Positions 58,655 to 64,000 of a stretch of DNA of 64,000 bases are shown one piece after another. This DNA is from the human T2T-CHM13v2.0 reference genome, Homo sapiens. Each line of letters opens with the position of its first letter. The first letter of the stretch is position 1. The DNA lies in NCBI RefSeq assembly GCF_009914755.1, contig NC_060927.1. One strand, written 5' to 3'. A model generated the notes under the pieces. That model was given only the letters and a program-made list of their open reading frames with translations, was not told where the DNA came from and did not search any database. A program made the translations under genes and the position numbers.

Positions 58655-58850
58655 ATTGATTGGAGTCTAGGGATAAATTCATTCAAATCCTGCCTCTCCC
58701 ACTTACTATGTGAATAGTGGCAAGTTACCTAATCTCTCTGTACCTTGGATTCATTATCTCTAAAATGGGGATAGCATTATCTCTTTGAGTTAATCTGAGA
58801 ACTAAATAGGTTTAATATATATAAAATGCTTAAAACAGTGTTTTGCTCTT
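58655..58850 (+). mobile_element. MIR SINE
   Basis: 'ttcaaatcctgcctctcccacttacta..gggcaagttacctaatctctctgt...taaaatggggat'. Confidence 0.85.
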
Positions 58851-59440
58851 AGATTGCTAACCACTATTATATTTAGAGCCAGGGATGTCACCTGTGTGGT
58901 AACTTAAAATCAATAACAGGAGGGCTAGGTACATACAGACCACAAATTGTGGCTTTCAAAAAGACCCAGTGTCCTTATTTTAAGGACTCTGAGATCAAGA
59001 CTAGAGTAGAAAATAGTTCTCCATTTCACATTACAGGAGTGGTTACATGAATTTTGTCAGGTGGAGTGGAGAGGGTCAGAGTATCCAGAAATTTTAGTAA
59101 AAAAAACGGTTCAAACCACTACCACTCTTCTAATTAATTCCATAGTTTATGGGAGTTCAAAGCCCCCCTTACCCCTCAATAATACTTTTGGCTACTTTAT
59201 GTGACTACTTCAGATTCCAGCCTCTTGCTTTTGAGAGAGACCCCATATACCAAGTCATATTCACCTAGGCGAGAAGTGCAGCCTTTTCTTCAATTTACAC
59301 TCACTTCTACAGAGATTCATGAACTTAATGGGCTTTGCCAGCAATTTGGGGGAAAGATGAAAAAGAGGTTTGACTTAAATCCGTGAAAACCACCTCTTGT
59401 GTTCATGTAGATGCAGCCATCCTTGAACTATCATTCGACT

Positions 59441-59639
59441 CAGAGCTGTCCGATAGAACTCTATGATGATGGAGATGTTCTGCACTGCTTAGTACAGTTG
59501 CCACTAGCCACATGTGGCTTTTGAGCACTTTAAATGTGGCCAATGTGACTGAGAAATTAAATGTTAACTTTATTTAATTTTAACATATTTAAATCTAAAT
59601 AGCCATTCATGGCTCGTGGCTACCTTATTTATAGCACAG
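59441..59639 (+). mobile_element. MER3 hAT MITE
   Basis: 'cagagctgtccgatagaact...gccactagccacatgtggct..gagcactt'. Confidence 0.9.
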
Positions 59640-60062
59640 CTCTAGTCCCTTCCCTGTAGCCTCATGGGCTTTTTACCCCATAGAGACCCAGTTCTCTCCA
59701 TCTTTCTCACTCTAATCATCTTTTCAGATGTTCCCTTTTTTTATGCCAGGCAGTTTATCCTTCTACAAGCATGCCTTTAGCACCTGATGACAGCCACGTC
59801 TTTGGATCTCTACTTACCATGTGATTCTTAGGCATTACTTAAATTATTTGTGCCTCAGACTCATTGCCTCTTAACTGGGTATAATAGTAACTCTCAATAA
59901 GTTAATCTGAGAATTAAATAAGTTAATACATGTAAAGTAGAATACATAACCCAATGGGCTTAGCACAGGCCATGCCAAAGAAAGACATTTTTGTACCTAG
60001 AGGGAATTTTAATGAAAGATGTTAACAAATAAAATTTTCACCTTGTTGATAATACTTTTAGG

Positions 60063-60233
60063 CTGCACTGTCCAATGCAGTAGCCACTGGCCACATGCGG
60101 ATATTTAAATTTAAATTTTAATTAAAGTTTGTTCCTCAGTGGCACTAGTCTCATTTCAAGTGCTCAATAGCCGCATGTGTCTAGTGACAATTATATTGCA
60201 CATGGTAGTCATAGGAAAGTTCTACTGGGCCGT
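60063..60233 (-). mobile_element. MER3 hAT MITE
   Basis: 'ctgcactgtccaatgcagtagccactggccacatg...tttcaagtgctcaatagccgcatgt...gaaagttctactgg'. Confidence 0.85.
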
Positions 60234-60944
60234 GGCAGAATATTACTACTATCTTCTTGAACTCAAGTACAAAGAATTGCCACAGTAGGCCAAAAAACAA
60301 TTAGATTAGGGAATACCAATCAACAGCAGGTTTGGCCCCTTATCAATCTCACTTTCTCATTCTGCATTCTATATCCTTACCTTCCACTTTTCCCTTTTAC
60401 TACTTCCTCCCCCATCTTCACAATACTAATGAAATGTATTAATAAATACCAATAAAATATTACAGACTTAATTTTAAATGATATAAAGAATATTTTCCTT
60501 GGAAGTTATTTTCTTCTAAGGCTTCATAGCAGAGGAGATTATGTCTTTCTTTTTATTAATACTACATCATATCTGGCAAAACAGGCATAATCCTATTCAC
60601 TTTCTGCAGCCATAGAACAGCTAGGAACAAAAGATAACTTAATGAAGGTTTTTAATTGACTCCTATTTGCTCATAGGTTGATAGAGCTTGATGTGAGTTA
60701 GTGAAGGGAAGATAGTTCAGATCCACTGTGTGTGTGTTCACATCTATGTGTATTTTTTTTATCATTAACTGTGGTCAACAGGAACTCGTCTGGGTAGTTA
60801 ACGAAAGTTCTCTGATTGAGATGCTATTCTTTTGGGCATTTGCTCCAAAGAAAAATGTTATCATTAGTATATGATGGAAACTTTCTTCCAATGCCTAGAA
60901 GCTTATCCTGAGAGCACACAGCATTACTGTGGATATTTATCTGA

Positions 60945-61277
<333 letters not shown>

Positions 61278-61444
61278 TAGTGAGAGCACAAATAAAGAGA
61301 AGTGTGCTTGGTAGAGAAAAGGTTAAAATGGTCCTTCATTCTGAAGAGTGTTTAGTTAGTGCTTATTTTCTATAGGGGAAAATAAAAACAAGTAAGTACA
61401 ATATTTTAAAATACTGTTAAAATAAAGATAATAAAGATTTACCC

Positions 61445-61796
<352 letters not shown>

Positions 61797-61924
61797 TCAC
61801 TTCAAGTAGGTTTCTGAAATGCAGCAGTTTAAGAATCCATGCATAAATAAAATAAAAATAACTCACTATCTTTGAAAATATAATTTAGCCATGTATTTTG
61901 GGTGATTTATGTGCAAATGGAAAG

Positions 61925-62035
61925 GGGGAGTGGTCTAGATTCAAACTCAGGTGGTTTGAGTCAGACTCTGTCAATCCTTATAAGCTGTGTGACCTTGGGC
62001 AAGCCACTTCACTTCTTTGAGCCTTTGTTTCCTAG
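61925..62035 (+). mobile_element. MIR fragment
   Basis: 'agctgtgtgaccttgggcaagccacttcacttctttgagcct'. Confidence 0.8.
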
Positions 62036-62074
62036 AACTCAGAGTTTAGGTTTCTGGGTTCTCTCTTCAGGTTG

Positions 62075-63065
62075 GAGAATATTATAGATCTGTTTCCCCA
62101 GAAAAGAGACTCTAAGAAATTTCCTAACACGAGTTTTATGGAAGAGTGCCTCTGAGAACAACATATGTGGGGGTGTTAAAAAAAAAAAAGGCAAAATTGG
62201 GCAGAGAGAAAAAATGGGTTGCAATGAATTGCAACAGAGTTCTCAGCTGATACTACAGGGAGCTCTTGAGTTAGGATAGCTCTTCAAAGCCATTCTAAAT
62301 AAAAACACAGAGGCCTGGACCTGAACTCCCACATTGGCCAGCCATGCCATAAGGGCTGTCCTTTGGCTAATGGCAATTGATACAAAAGAGTGTGAGTTGC
62401 CAGGGCTCCCAGCAGCTGGGAGAATGAGTGCCTAGATTCTGAATGAGTGATCTGAGCAGCATATGCTATAAAGAGGAAAGCCATCTCGTTTCCTGCTCTG
62501 GAAGCGATATTCATTTTATTCAGATGTGTGGTCTAACTTCCACAACCCAGCAAGACAATTGTGAGGGTCCACAGTGAACCACCTGTTTTAGGAGGGGTTC
62601 CTAGACATAGACCCTGAGATGAGGATTCATACTAAAGCAATTTATTAGGAAATGTCCCAAAACAAACCAACAGGGGAAGTGAGATCAGGAAAGGAAGAAG
62701 GCCAAGCAAGCAAAAAGCAAAGTCCTACAGAAGGTAACATAGGCTCAGTTCTACAGGAGACCTTTGGAGAGGGCATGTGTACTTCCTCAGAGTTGTCCCC
62801 ACCAGGGAGCAAGGTATTCTGCCCATTTATTACCCCCTACCCTACTCTGCACTCATCAGTCATTGGTTAGGGACTGCCTCTGAGAAAACTTAACTTTCCA
62901 GGCACTTTCAACTCCCCAAGTGTAGACAAATTAGATTCCAACCGCTTGGGGGCAACCCTTCAACAAAGACACAGATGCTACCTTTCCTGGGAGTGAAACC
63001 ATACAGGGAACCCATGTGCCTTAAAGTGGTAAAGGGACTGGGAAGGCTATGGATGGAGAATTCAA
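62075..63065 (-). mobile_element. Two old ERVL-type (LTR16-like) LTR remnants
   Basis: 'gtttccccagaaaagagactctaaga' near 62090 and 'gggttcctagacatagaccctgagatgaggattc...tttatt' near 62595. Confidence 0.55.
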
Positions 63066-64000
63066 AACACGGAGTAGAGGTTCATCAGTTTTTAATAAAC
63101 CCACGTGTCTTATTGCCCAGGTGGGCACTGAGCCCAATTATTCCAGTTCTCTGTCCTGTCTATGCTCAACTTGAGAAGAAAGAAATCGAATGTACTAATC
63201 CTTCTTTTTTTTCTTTAGCATGATAACACATTCTCCTGTAAGTAAATGCATACCAAAAAACACACACACATTTATACTTCTCTCGAGGACAAGGAATAAT
63301 TTTTCGGTCAGGGCAATCCTAATCTAGATTAACAAAATACAACATCATCATAACTAGAACTAATCGTGGATTCACCCAACATTTTTCAAAATACATAAAC
63401 TTCAAGTAAGTTTTTGAAACACAGCACTTTTTAAATCAATGCATGAAGTTGTTATTAGAGAATATATCTTAAATCACATGTGCCTATTTGCAGAATGCTA
63501 GGGAAGTTTCCTTTTAGTGCATCCTGGAAGAGTGTATTAGTGATCTCCTCAATGCAATAACTTTCTGAATTGCTTTTGAAAGTGATTTGAAAGAGCTTTT
63601 AACAATGTTCTTCAATACAAGTATTTGTGAGGTCATACCCCCACTAAAAATTACAATATCTGTGTTAAATTTCCTTACCTCCTTTAAAAATTAGTGATTT
63701 CATTAGATGACATCTATCAGCATTGAAGACTCATATTAAGGAGGTTCATTTCAACTAATATCTCATTCCCAAATAGTACTTCACTGTTCAAAATTAAAAA
63801 CTCAAGAGAGAACCCCGTAATAAGACAAAGACTGTAAGGACTTAGTTATTTGGCAACTCCCTCTTTTATGGAGAACAATTTTGGGGAACAACACCTGCTT
63901 TACAATGACAAACAAAATGAAAGGAAGCCAACATTAACCACACTTAAGTGACGGTGTTTATTTGCAGGTGGGAAAGGAAGGCTATGAGGTGGGTGCGCAA

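Overview
Primate genomic DNA (AluY copies are present, so catarrhine and plausibly human). It is AT-rich, CpG-depleted and dominated by transposable elements, so it reads as intergenic or deep intronic. I find no intact protein-coding gene, RNA gene or CRISPR array. The only recognisable gene-derived sequence is a disabled processed RPL24 pseudogene (13294-13861, +) with a perfect 16-bp target-site duplication (TSD). The rest is about 25 Alus (J, S, Y), L1PA/PB/MA/MB/MC/ME and L2 fragments, MIRs, hAT MITEs (MER5A, MER33, MER3, MER1B), solo LTRs (THE1, MST/MLT1, MER21, LTR16, LTR33/41-like), microsatellites and one 27-bp minisatellite. The ORF track is almost entirely repeat-derived or random. 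I see no evidence of a new biological system. The best second-look items are small: a 65-bp locally templated L1 copy seeded inside a TA-rich VNTR, two ultra-short TSD-flanked poly(A) insertions, an AluJ-L1MA composite sharing one candidate TSD pair, and a repeat-free, homeodomain-motif-rich candidate enhancer. Repeat subfamily names come from recalled consensus sequences, and old-repeat boundaries are approximate.
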